DNA of 64,000 bases from Patescibacteria group bacterium (GTDB lineage Bacteria; Patescibacteriota; Minisyncoccia; Minisyncoccales; Staskawiczbacteraceae): positions 6,527 to 70,526 of the forward strand of contig JAHIOM010000013.1 of assembly GCA_018895235.1 (NCBI GenBank). The letters run 5' to 3'. Both the position numbers and the translations under genes were made by a program. Below the pieces are notes generated by a model. It was not told the origin of the DNA and did not search any database. It saw nothing but the letters and a program-made list of their open reading frames with translations. This document shows, piece after piece, positions 54,995-63,999 of this stretch (the first letter of the stretch is position 1; every line of letters starts with the position of its first letter).

Positions 54995-55300
54995 TTACAT
55001 ACCCAATGCTTTTTCTGCCCTGGCAACTGGACCACTTCCGCCGTCGCTGGTAACTGCACTTCTTGGAGTCGTAACAGGATTTGGTGCAGTATTTGGCCTC
55101 TTCACAACTTCAGTAAGAAGTTCGGGATTACCACTTAGAGCAATAGCTCCCTCTGTCTCACCACCATTGAGAATGAGCCGAGAATGACTTTCCCAATTCA
55201 AGCTAGGAAATCTTGTAGATTGGGAATTTGCGCACCCACCGACGACGAACATCAAAACAACAACCAGAACAACAACCAAATTTTTGAGCATGCTACTCAT
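54995..55300 (-). CDS. Hypothetical exported/lipoprotein-like protein
   Basis: Hydrophobic N-terminus ending VGGC (lipobox-like); SD AAGGAG. Confidence 0.6.
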   Translation of the reverse strand: MSSMLKNLVVVLVVVLMFVVGGCANSQSTRFPSLNWESHSRLILNGGETEGAIALSGNPELLTEVVKRPNTAPNPVTTPRSAVTSDGGSGPVARAEKALGM

Positions 55301-55497
55301 TCTACATCTCCTTAAAAGAGCCGAACATCTTGAGCAATTTCTAAACTACAAGTTTAGAAATTTACAATAAAACATAAACATTTATATCCACGCTTCCGTT
55401 CGTCTAACTTCCATCCGTGTTTTTATGTTTTCCAAATATAGTTGTCAAATTACAAAAACGAATAAAATAATACTAACATAAAAAGGATTTCTTGTCA

Positions 55498-55584
55498 ACC
55501 CTTCACCTTTCGGGAACACCCTATGGCAGTTATAATCTTCTATTTTTTCTACGATGACACTATATCTACCGAAAGGTGAAGGGT
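55498..55584. repeat. 16-bp perfect terminal IR element
   Basis: ACCCTTCACCTTTCGG / CCGAAAGGTGAAGGGT. Confidence 0.7.
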
Positions 55585-55628
55585 CAATATCAGCAATAAA
55601 AAAGCGCTGCCTGAAAAGAGCAAGCGCT

Positions 55629-56030
55629 TTATGCCACTGGAACTATTCTTTCCATACGTTTTAAGCCAGAATATGGCTCTGGGTTGAGTAGTTCGTCTAA
55701 ATGATAATAAATGCCGGGTTCACTGCTTGGGCAGGAAAATCGCGCAACTTCTTTACCTTGGTAAAACAGAACTATAGTGGGAACATCATTAATGGAAATT
55801 TGCTGACAAATATTTTTATCTTCGCCCGAATTCACCCAAAAAAATCTTACTCTTCCGCCGTATCTTTCTGCAAACCTTTCCGCTAAAATCGACATATTCA
55901 ATGCTTCGCCATCAATATTTTGGGTACAAGTAAAAAAGAGGGCTAAAGGGTTATTTTCCTTTAATAATTCGGCAAAACCGCCGTTGCCGTTATCCCTAAA
56001 CTGCGGGAATGTTGGTTTAAATTCTCCCAT
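55629..56030 (-). CDS. Thioredoxin-fold protein lacking CxxC
   Basis: VRFFWVN...ISINDVPTIVLFYQGKEVARF Trx C-terminal half; only one Cys at the active-site position. Confidence 0.65.
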   Translation of the reverse strand: MGEFKPTFPQFRDNGNGGFAELLKENNPLALFFTCTQNIDGEALNMSILAERFAERYGGRVRFFWVNSGEDKNICQQISINDVPTIVLFYQGKEVARFSCPSSEPGIYYHLDELLNPEPYSGLKRMERIVPVA

Positions 56031-56217
56031 AAGTTCTCACCTCTTTTCCTTGACCAATAGAAAGTTGTTAAGGACCTATTAGGGTACAGGGTTCGAATCT
56101 TGTGCCCTTAATCAATTCTAGATTTGATAAATAAATAGGTCAAGATGGGGCTTTTGCACAAGTAAAAAAAGAGCGCCCAGTACTTTTAAGTACATTAGGC
56201 GCTTTACGAATTGAGAA

Positions 56218-56382
56218 TTAGGCGACCTTGTTTTTGAGGTCTTTAAGCATCTCCCGAACTGCAGTTTTAATCACGACCGGTTGGTCGTAAAAATCGGCTG
56301 CAATCCGTCTCTTTGCCTTAGCCACTTTTTCCGGTCGCACCGTACCCTCTGGCGGCCTTTCGTTTTTCTTCATTTGAGCCAT
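56218..56382 (-). CDS. FlgM-like (anti-sigma28 C-terminal domain) small protein, 54 aa (absent from the ORF track)
   Basis: MAQMKKNERPPEGTVRPEKVAKAKRRIAADFYDQPVVIKTAVREMLKDLKNKVA; SD GAAAGGAG; terminator-like hairpin at ~56171-56204. Confidence 0.55.
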   Translation of the reverse strand: MAQMKKNERPPEGTVRPEKVAKAKRRIAADFYDQPVVIKTAVREMLKDLKNKVA

Positions 56383-56399
56383 TCATTCTCCTTTCTGGA

Positions 56400-56468
56400 T
56401 CAATATAAGCTGACAAAAGCTAGGAATATAAACAGAACCATCTTTTTAACTTTCTTCCAATTAATCAT
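56400..56468 (-). CDS. 22-aa hydrophobic micro-peptide
   Basis: MINWKKVKKMVLFIFLAFVSLY*; SD AAGGAG. Confidence 0.5.
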   Translation of the reverse strand: MINWKKVKKMVLFIFLAFVSLY

Positions 56469-56497
56469 ATTTTTCTCCTTTTTGGAGCCAAGATTAA

Positions 56498-56569
56498 TCA
56501 ACACGTAAAGAAGATAAATGCCCAAAATGTTAGAAAGGCTATTATTTTTATTTCCTCCCAGTTCGTCAT
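56498..56569 (-). CDS. 23-aa hydrophobic micro-peptide (paralog-like to the next ORF)
   Basis: MTNWEEIKIIAFLTFWAFIFFTC*; SD GGAGGAG. Confidence 0.5.
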   Translation of the reverse strand: MTNWEEIKIIAFLTFWAFIFFTC

Positions 56570-56570
56570 T

Positions 56571-56747
56571 TTATTCTCCTCCTTTATTAGCGGTTTCTTC
56601 GGAAAAAATGGGTAAACCAGCCGCCGCCCGAACAGCATAAATCAGTACATTACTTCCTCTCACTATGGCGACTTCTTCTTGGTCTACTTCTTCACTAAAC
56701 CGACCCGGCCTAAATCCTTTCCACGTCCGTGTTCCTTCTGATATCAT
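56571..56747 (-). CDS. 58-aa hypothetical protein
   Basis: MISEGTRTWKGFRPGRF...NKGGE*; SD GAAGGAG; boxA-like motif upstream. Confidence 0.5.
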   Translation of the reverse strand: MISEGTRTWKGFRPGRFSEEVDQEEVAIVRGSNVLIYAVRAAAGLPIFSEETANKGGE

Positions 56748-56902
56748 TCCTGCTCCTTCTTCTCAATATGGGTTGTTAAAGTACAAACATTTAATATAAC
56801 GTAAAACCCATTATATTATGAAAGAATAGGTTTGTCAATCCTCCTGGACGAGGAATTGGTTTCAATAAAAAAGCGCGGATTACCACGCCTTATTGTTTTT
56901 CA

Positions 56903-57358
56903 TCATTTTCTCTTTTTTCTTGCCTTTTTTATCTCACCTTCCAGTGCACTTATATTTATTTCTAGCTCCATATTTTCTCTTTCTAGTATCTTTTGTTCTC
57001 TTTTTACATCTCTTGCTCTTTTTTGAAAGGCCTCTACAACCGCAGTCAACCTCTTTTGGTCCCTATTACGGCATTCTATATCGTGCTGTAGTGATTTAAT
57101 CACCACAAATAAAGTAGCCACAAGGCCCTTAAGACCTTCAGATTCTGTAACAGAAAGCAATTCGTCATCTATATTTAGTTCTTCTAAGAAGAAATGGATA
57201 TTTTCTTCAACCCGACGCAAGAGTAGAAATAGGCTGGTTTTTCCCTTCGCTACTTTTTCTTTTTCTTGCTGTAACTCATTAATCCTTTGAATCAACAGTG
57301 ATACATCGCTAGATGGGACTTCTTCTGCTAAATTAAAATTTCTACCCTTGCCATCCAT
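56903..57358 (-). CDS. Hypothetical coiled-coil protein
   Basis: Charged heptad-like composition; SD GGAAGGAG. Confidence 0.6.
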   Translation of the reverse strand: MDGKGRNFNLAEEVPSSDVSLLIQRINELQQEKEKVAKGKTSLFLLLRRVEENIHFFLEELNIDDELLSVTESEGLKGLVATLFVVIKSLQHDIECRNRDQKRLTAVVEAFQKRARDVKREQKILERENMELEINISALEGEIKKARKKRK

Positions 57359-57409
57359 CTTTTTGTCTCCTTCCTTTGATAAAACCGCTATTAAGTTGTC
57401 AGGGTGCTA

Positions 57410-57469
57410 TTTACCCGGTTAAATAGGCCTTCGGCCTAAAATCTTTCAGATTTTATTTAACTGGGTGAA
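57410..57469. mobile_element. Empty copy of the GIY-YIG IR element
   Basis: TTTACCCGGTTAAATA...TATTTAACTGGGTGAA enclosing two hairpins (GGCC-ttc-GGCC; TAAAATCT-ttc-AGATTTTA). Confidence 0.7.
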
Positions 57470-58936
57470 TTTATTATTTAATTTTGGAAACAATAGTTTT
57501 CCTTTTTTTATTCTAAACTTTAAAAACTTTTTGTCAAAAGGACTAACGCCTAACTGGTCAAAAATCTTTTCAGCGGTTTCTGGCAAAAAGGACTGAAGAA
57601 GTTTTGCAATATGCGCCAGAGAAACCAATAAATTATAAATAACTTTTGGCTCTTTTGTCTCCCAGGGTTTTTTTATCTCGATATACTTATCACAAAAACC
57701 AATAAGATCCCAAATCGCTTTTAACGATTCGTTGAACTTAAAATTATCCAGTGCGCTTTTGCAATTATAATGGGTTTTTTTAATTTCTTTTTCAAATTCC
57801 GGCTCTATTTTCTCTATTCCCCCTAACTTGGTTTTTTCTGCTACTGTAAGTACTCTGGCAACCAGGTTTCCAATGCCGCCCGCTAAATCAGCATTATATT
57901 TCTCCTCGAATTTCGGGTATGTAAAATCGCCGTCATCAGTTGGCGAGATTTCTCTTAAAAGATAATATCTTACGGCATCTGTCCCGTATTTTTTAACCAA
58001 AGGAAAAGGATCAACCACATTTCCTAAAGATTTTGACATTTTTTGATTGTCGGCGGTTAAATAACCGTGAACAAAAATCCTCTCAGGTAATGCTAATCTT
58101 GCTGAAAGAAGTATCGCAATCCAGTATATCCCATGAAATCTTAAAATTCCCTTTCCTATGACATGCAATTTATTTTCGTTTTTTTGCCACCATTCTTGAA
58201 ATTTCTTGCTATCTTCTGCATATCCCAAAGCATTAATATAGTTACTCAAAGCATCAAACCAAGTCCATAAAACTTGAGTTGAATCTTCTGGGACCGGAAT
58301 TCCCCAACCGCGTCCGCGTTCCGCTAAACGAGAAATACAAATATCTTTAAGGCCTGAATTAATAAAACTTATAACTTCATTTTTTCGTGTTTGAGGAATT
58401 ATTTTAACTTCATCTTTTTCAATAATTTTTTTTAATTGGTTTCGATATTTTGAAAGTTTAAAAAAGTAGTTCTCTTCTTTAATTAATTCTGGTTTCGTTT
58501 TGTGCTCTGGGCAAAGGCCGTTTACTAATTCGTTTTCTTTATAGAATTCTTCGCATCCAACACAATAAAGACCTTGATAAGTTTTTTTGTAAATATCTTT
58601 TTGACAGGCTTTCCATAATTTTTGAGCTCCTTCAATATGTCTTACTTCGGTCGTTCTTATAAAATCGTCAAGAGATAAATCTAAAACTTCTTTCAGGTCG
58701 TAAAACTTTTTGGCATTTCTATTAACTAATTCTCTTGTGCTTATGCCTTCTTTTCCAGCTGCTTGAACATTTTTTAGAGAGTTTTCATCTGTGCCAGTCA
58801 AGAAAAAAACATTCTCGCCTAAAAAACGGTGATAACGTGCCAAAACATCCGCTTGAATTTTCTCTAAGGCGTGCCCTGCGTGGGGAAATGAATTTACATA
58901 ATCTATTGCTGTAGTAATCAGGAAGGATTTTTTCAT
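57446..58936 (-). CDS. metG: Methionine--tRNA ligase
   Basis: ITTAIDYVN..PHAGH, YCVGCE, WFDAL.NY, KMSKSLGN. Confidence 0.95.
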   Translation of the reverse strand: MKKSFLITTAIDYVNSFPHAGHALEKIQADVLARYHRFLGENVFFLTGTDENSLKNVQAAGKEGISTRELVNRNAKKFYDLKEVLDLSLDDFIRTTEVRHIEGAQKLWKACQKDIYKKTYQGLYCVGCEEFYKENELVNGLCPEHKTKPELIKEENYFFKLSKYRNQLKKIIEKDEVKIIPQTRKNEVISFINSGLKDICISRLAERGRGWGIPVPEDSTQVLWTWFDALSNYINALGYAEDSKKFQEWWQKNENKLHVIGKGILRFHGIYWIAILLSARLALPERIFVHGYLTADNQKMSKSLGNVVDPFPLVKKYGTDAVRYYLLREISPTDDGDFTYPKFEEKYNADLAGGIGNLVARVLTVAEKTKLGGIEKIEPEFEKEIKKTHYNCKSALDNFKFNESLKAIWDLIGFCDKYIEIKKPWETKEPKVIYNLLVSLAHIAKLLQSFLPETAEKIFDQLGVSPFDKKFLKFRIKKGKLLFPKLNNKFTQLNKI

Positions 58937-58948
58937 ATAATTAATTTC

Positions 58949-60208
58949 TTATTTTAATCTAAATATTACATTCTTCAAACCATTTAATAAATCTTTTTTA
59001 CGTTTTTTATGTTTTATCAAAGGCTTTAAATAATTAAAGAGTTTTAATAAAGATTTCCGCTCGTTCACAATAACGGCCCAAGAATCTTTATGTCGCGAAA
59101 CGCCTCTTTTATCTATTCCAGATTTTTTATCTAATCTAAATAAACTCTTTATATTAAATCTATTTAGTTTTTTATTAATATCTCGCAAAACCTCTTTATC
59201 GTAAGATCTAATCCTGAATTTCGCTCGCCTTCCACAAAATCCAATATTCCCTTCAGCATCTGTATAACCAGCTAAAAAACTGAAAAAGTTCTTTTTATTT
59301 CTTAAAATCCATTTCGGAATTAAGTTGTATTTTGGTAATAAAAAACTAAAAGATGAATTTAAAGAACAACCAACATGGACAGCGCCTCTTTTATCTTTAT
59401 TCCCCACATAGATTGGTCCGAAAGGACCAAATACAGTTTTTATAAGTTCCACTTGATCCTCTTTAGTAGTACCACAACCGATATTAATTAAATTATAATC
59501 TTTTCTCACTCCTAAATCGCCTATTCTAAACCCTATCATATACGCTTTCTCATCCAATTTGCCACTAAAATCACTTTTTATATGGCGAGTGCTAGTTTCC
59601 GAAATAGTCCTTCTAGGAATTTTATATCTTCTCATTTTATCTAAAATAACCGCTGGACAACATTTATGAATATTCGCAATTTTACTTAATGAAAGTTTTT
59701 TCTTTAAATAAAGTTTTTCTAATTGATTCTTTGTTATTTGAATCCTTTTTAATGGCCGAGTTTTAATTTTATATAATCTTAAATATCGATAAGATGTCCC
59801 TGAACCACAAAGATATATTTTTGCAATTTTGTATGCAGAAAGCTTCTGTTTTGTGTATAGTTTTTTTAATTCTTCTTTGGGTATATCAAGTTTTTCTTTG
59901 GGATGCCTTATAGAAATACCATATTTTCTTAATCTGTTTAAAACAGCGGTTTGTTCGCAATGACAGATTTTAGCTATTTTTTTACTGGAAAATCCTTTTT
60001 TAATGTAAAGTTCGTAGAGAGATTTTTCAGATATACTAATTCTTTTCGGACCCGAATGTCTTCTTTTTATACCATATTCTCTCATTCGGTTTATTATTGT
60101 GCCAGTAGTACAATTAAAAATTTTTGCAATTTTAAAAATACTTAGCTTTTGTTTACAATAAAGGTTTTTTAACTTCTTTTTTAATATAACATATTTTTTC
60201 TTTGCCAT
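58949..60208 (-). CDS. LAGLIDADG-type endonuclease with four N-terminal HTH-like repeats
   Basis: 4x L..LY.K..LS..KIA.I..C....I...(L/M)R.Y.I..R; YMIGFRIGDLG and FLAGYTDAEG; start ATG 60208. Confidence 0.8.
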   Translation of the reverse strand: MAKKKYVILKKKLKNLYCKQKLSIFKIAKIFNCTTGTIINRMREYGIKRRHSGPKRISISEKSLYELYIKKGFSSKKIAKICHCEQTAVLNRLRKYGISIRHPKEKLDIPKEELKKLYTKQKLSAYKIAKIYLCGSGTSYRYLRLYKIKTRPLKRIQITKNQLEKLYLKKKLSLSKIANIHKCCPAVILDKMRRYKIPRRTISETSTRHIKSDFSGKLDEKAYMIGFRIGDLGVRKDYNLINIGCGTTKEDQVELIKTVFGPFGPIYVGNKDKRGAVHVGCSLNSSFSFLLPKYNLIPKWILRNKKNFFSFLAGYTDAEGNIGFCGRRAKFRIRSYDKEVLRDINKKLNRFNIKSLFRLDKKSGIDKRGVSRHKDSWAVIVNERKSLLKLFNYLKPLIKHKKRKKDLLNGLKNVIFRLK

Positions 60209-60221
60209 TAAATATATTATA

Positions 60222-60281
60222 TCAAAACTTTTCAATATAATCCATAGCTGTTGTAATGTAAAATGTAATCCAGTTTATCAA
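60222..60281 (-). pseudogene. Relic of the metG 5' end
   Basis: Translates LINWITFYITTAMDYIEKF*; matches the MetG N-terminus SFLITTAIDYV with synonymous codon changes. Confidence 0.6.
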
Positions 60282-60394
60282 CTCGCTCCACTAAAATTTT
60301 GGCGGGGAGGCGAGATCGGGTCTCGTTATTTTTATTTTTTTGTTTTTTTCTGTTACAGGTTATAATAATTCTGTCATAACACTATTAAAATTCC

Positions 60395-60862
60395 ATGATT
60401 TTTATAGTGCATTTAATTATTGGCGCGGCTATTGCCTCAAAAATTAAATTCTTACCGTTAGTGATCTTACTAGCTCTTTTGAGCCATTATTTTTTGGATT
60501 CTTTGCCGCATGCCGAATATTCAATTAAGAATATAAAAGAGAAAAAATGGAACAAGTCAAAATTAGATTTTCTAAAGTTAACCTTAGATCTAACGGCAGG
60601 GCTAATTATTATTTTAATTGTTTATTTTACAGTTAAAATAAATCACACTATTCTTTTCGCCGCCTGTTTTTTTGCTGTTCTGCCTGATATTTTGGTTGTT
60701 TTTAATTGGATGTTTCCAAACAACGATCTTTTAAAAAAACATTTCAACTTTCACCACAGAATTCACTTTCCTGAAGATAAAAAAATCCCCGCCCGGGAGA
60801 AATTGATTATAGAATTGTTAGTGGTTTTATTGGGTTTTCTTCTCTTACTGGTTAAGGTTTAA
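60395..60862 (+). CDS. Membrane protein, metal-dependent hydrolase-like
   Basis: H..IGAAI, SHYFLD.LPH, LPD, H..IH motifs. Confidence 0.65.
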   Translation: MIFIVHLIIGAAIASKIKFLPLVILLALLSHYFLDSLPHAEYSIKNIKEKKWNKSKLDFLKLTLDLTAGLIIILIVYFTVKINHTILFAACFFAVLPDILVVFNWMFPNNDLLKKHFNFHHRIHFPEDKKIPAREKLIIELLVVLLGFLLLLVKV

Positions 60863-61896
60863 ATCATTTGAGCTGCCTGCTCTTCTTTTCTTTTCTCTAA
60901 AAATTCTTTTATAAACTCATATAAGATGCCGAAAACCGGCACTGCAAAAATCGCTCCCAAAAATCCAAAAATTTGAGCACCTATCACCACAGAAAGTAAA
61001 ACTAAAATAGGGGGCAACCCGACAAACTTCTTTGTTAGAACGGGCGATATAATATTGCCTTCAATCTGCTGAATCACAATAAAAGCCGCAAGGACAATAA
61101 GCGCTTTTAACCAAGAATCAGCTACCGTTATGAAAAGTACCAACAGCAAGCCGGTCACAGCTGGCCCCAAAAATGGAATGAAGTTTAAAACACCTGCTAA
61201 AAAAGCCAAAATAAAAGTATATTTTACTTTAAAAAGATAAAAAACAATAAAGGAAGCAACCGCAACAAATAAACAAGCAAGAACCCGTGCCCCAAACCAA
61301 CCGCTTACTTTAACTTGGCATCTTTCAAAAAGAGCCAAAACATATTCTTCGTATTTTTTGGGTGACAAAAGACCGACAACCCGTTCCACTCCTTTTCTCT
61401 CTAAAGAAAGGAAAAAAGCCAAAGACAGTACAAAAAACGTTGAAACAACTCCGCCAAAAAAAGTAGTAAGAGCGTTTAAAACACCTACCGAGATTTTTTC
61501 TAAGTTTCCGGTAACCGTCTGAATAAAGCTCTCCAAACTCTGGAGGGCTTCAATTTTTAGTTCCTGGAACATCGGACTGACTTTTTCAAAATATTGAGGA
61601 ACCAACTGAGAAAATTGCCTGACCTCGGTGATAAAAATAGGCGCTGTCAAATAGATAATCAAGCCAAGTGCTCCAAAAATTGATAAATAAGTGAAAATCA
61701 CGGCTAAAACTTTTGGTACGCGGAACCATCGTAAAAAATTAACTATCGGATTAAGCAAAACCGAAATTATTAAAGCGAAGAAAAACCAAAGAACAACATC
61801 TCTAACAAGGTATAAAAGATAAAAAACAGAGCCGGCTAAAAAAACCTTTAAGATTGTTTCCCAAGAAATGTCTAGTTTGTACAATTGATTTTCCAT
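60859..61896 (-). CDS. AI-2E family transporter
   Basis: LNPIV, NFIPFLGP, QQIEGNIISP, G.IFAVP. Confidence 0.9.
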   Translation of the reverse strand: MENQLYKLDISWETILKVFLAGSVFYLLYLVRDVVLWFFFALIISVLLNPIVNFLRWFRVPKVLAVIFTYLSIFGALGLIIYLTAPIFITEVRQFSQLVPQYFEKVSPMFQELKIEALQSLESFIQTVTGNLEKISVGVLNALTTFFGGVVSTFFVLSLAFFLSLERKGVERVVGLLSPKKYEEYVLALFERCQVKVSGWFGARVLACLFVAVASFIVFYLFKVKYTFILAFLAGVLNFIPFLGPAVTGLLLVLFITVADSWLKALIVLAAFIVIQQIEGNIISPVLTKKFVGLPPILVLLSVVIGAQIFGFLGAIFAVPVFGILYEFIKEFLEKRKEEQAAQMI

Positions 61897-61901
61897 CGCT
61901 T

Positions 61902-63167
61902 TTAAATTTTTAGCAGCTTATTAAACTTTTCCTTTTCTTTAAACGGTCCAATAAGCGCTAAATTTAACTTCTTTGGCTTAAAAATGTCTTCTGCTACCTT
62001 CTTTATATCATTTATAGTAACCCGGTCAATCTTCTTAAATATTTGGTTTGGGCTAAGAATCTCTTTTTTTAATAACTCTTGCGAAGTATAAAAAGATGAT
62101 TGGCTGTCAGACGATTCTAATGATAAAAAAACATTACCTTTGTAATAGTCTTTTGCTTTTTTTAGTTCTTCTTTAGTTATTAAATTATTCTTGAAAAACC
62201 GGTATTCTTTTAGGATTAATCTAATAACCTCCCCAACGTTTTTGTGGTCCACTCCGGCCGAAGTAACCAAACACCCGGTATCAGTATTGCTTTCGGGACT
62301 GGTCCTAACATAATAAGCCAAACCCTTTCTTTCTCTTATTTTGATAAAAAGGCGTGAACTCATATTTCCCCCCAAGATGGTGGCCAAAAGAATCAAGGCA
62401 TATTTTTGAGGATGGAAGAGATTATATGCTCTAACTCCCAAACAAAGATGGGTCTGGTCGGTTTCTTTAAAATAAACCAGACTTTCGGGCTTTTCTTGTT
62501 TTTCTTTTACTTTTATTTTTTGTTCGTGAACAATATTACTGATTTTTTTAAAATGTTTTTCTATTTTATCTTCAATAAGACGGGGGCTGATGTCTCCGGC
62601 AGCGCAAACTATGGTGTTGGAGGCAGTGTAATGATTTTTCAGATAATCCACAAGTTTATTCCTGGTCATATTTTGAATATTTTCCTTTTCACCGATAACT
62701 CGCCAACCGGCCGGTTGGTTCCCGTAAAGCACTTTTTCCCAAAGATCTGAGATATAAGAAACAGGGGTATCCAAATACATATTAAGTTCTTCAATTATCA
62801 CCCCTTTTTCTCTTTCTATTTCTTTTGTTTCTAATTTGGAATTCAAGAAAATGTCGGAAACCCATTCCAAGGCAATATCTTGATGGGGACTGGCAACTTT
62901 TGCCCAATAACCGGTCATTTCATTTGAAGTAAAAGCATTATATTCACCGCCAACCCTATCCAGGGTTTCAGCAATCTCTAGAGTATTTGATCTTTTTTTC
63001 GTCCCCTTAAAAAACATGTGCTCCAAAAAATGGGAAATGCCGTTTATTTCTTTTGTTTCATATTTTGAACCGACCCCGACCAGTACCAAAAAATTCACCG
63101 TTTTGGTGTTTTTCATCGGAATGGTAATAATCCTTAAGCCATTTTTAAGAATTGTTTTTTTGAACAT
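61902..63167 (-). CDS. M16 (pitrilysin) family zinc peptidase
   Basis: GISHFLEHMFFKGT (HxxEH), NAFTS, SSRLF..IRE; start ATG 63167. Confidence 0.92.
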   Translation of the reverse strand: MFKKTILKNGLRIITIPMKNTKTVNFLVLVGVGSKYETKEINGISHFLEHMFFKGTKKRSNTLEIAETLDRVGGEYNAFTSNEMTGYWAKVASPHQDIALEWVSDIFLNSKLETKEIEREKGVIIEELNMYLDTPVSYISDLWEKVLYGNQPAGWRVIGEKENIQNMTRNKLVDYLKNHYTASNTIVCAAGDISPRLIEDKIEKHFKKISNIVHEQKIKVKEKQEKPESLVYFKETDQTHLCLGVRAYNLFHPQKYALILLATILGGNMSSRLFIKIRERKGLAYYVRTSPESNTDTGCLVTSAGVDHKNVGEVIRLILKEYRFFKNNLITKEELKKAKDYYKGNVFLSLESSDSQSSFYTSQELLKKEILSPNQIFKKIDRVTINDIKKVAEDIFKPKKLNLALIGPFKEKEKFNKLLKI

Positions 63168-63171
63168 AATT

Positions 63172-63999
63172 TTAAAATTTCGCCAATATACCAACTTCTG
63201 TTAAATACCATTTCCAAACTTTATTACTGCCTAAGATTCTAAATCCCTCTTTTTGGAATAATTTTGATAATTCCGATAGCGCAAGCGGCCTTTCATCTGG
63301 AAAACGCCAAATACCCAAAAATTCCTGAAAAGACCGCCAAAATTTATAACTTAACGATGAGGTAGGAACGTAACTTATAACCCAGCCATCTTTTTTAATG
63401 TTTTTTTTGTGAATTTTTATAATTTCCTCTTGCTCTTCCGGCGAAAAATGTTCCAAAACTCCGGAATTATGGATTAAATCAAACTTTTCTTTTAAATTAA
63501 GGTGACGGATATCTGCTTGAATAAATTTTACTGAAATGTTTTTATCAAAGAAAAATTTTTTGCTTTTCTCTAAAATTTTTTCGTTGAAATCAACTAAAAC
63601 TATTTCGGAAACCGGCAAGATTTTTGATATCCAAAAAGAATTTCTCCCCGAACCGCTTCCCAGTTCTAAAATTTTCCCTCCTTTTACCGGCCAGTCATTT
63701 TTTATTTGTTTGATAAACTTTTTATATCCCTTAAACACCCCATATGGAAAAATAAATGAACCCAAATATTTATCCCAATTGGTTGCTTTTCTTTTTTGAA
63801 TATTTTTCTCTCTGCCCATAAATAAAATCCTTCTGAAAACTAAAATGATTCTTATTTTCAAAACATGGAATATAAGCTTTATTCTTTGCCAAGAACCTTT
63901 AAAAATCCCCCATTTTTTTTCTTTTATAACGTGGTCTAAATTATTGAGCAAAACACGTTTAACCGGCAGGTTTTTAGCAAAACAATAATAATTAAGCGC
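63172..63999 (-). CDS. Class I SAM methyltransferase; frame stays open to the window end (possible N-terminal fusion)
   Basis: ILELGSGSG, VDF, FDLIHNSGVLEHF; no upstream in-frame stop before 64000. Confidence 0.75.
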   Translation of the reverse strand, partial: ALNYYCFAKNLPVKRVLLNNLDHVIKEKKWGIFKGSWQRIKLIFHVLKIRIILVFRRILFMGREKNIQKRKATNWDKYLGSFIFPYGVFKGYKKFIKQIKNDWPVKGGKILELGSGSGRNSFWISKILPVSEIVLVDFNEKILEKSKKFFFDKNISVKFIQADIRHLNLKEKFDLIHNSGVLEHFSPEEQEEIIKIHKKNIKKDGWVISYVPTSSLSYKFWRSFQEFLGIWRFPDERPLALSELSKLFQKEGFRILGSNKVWKWYLTEVGILAKF

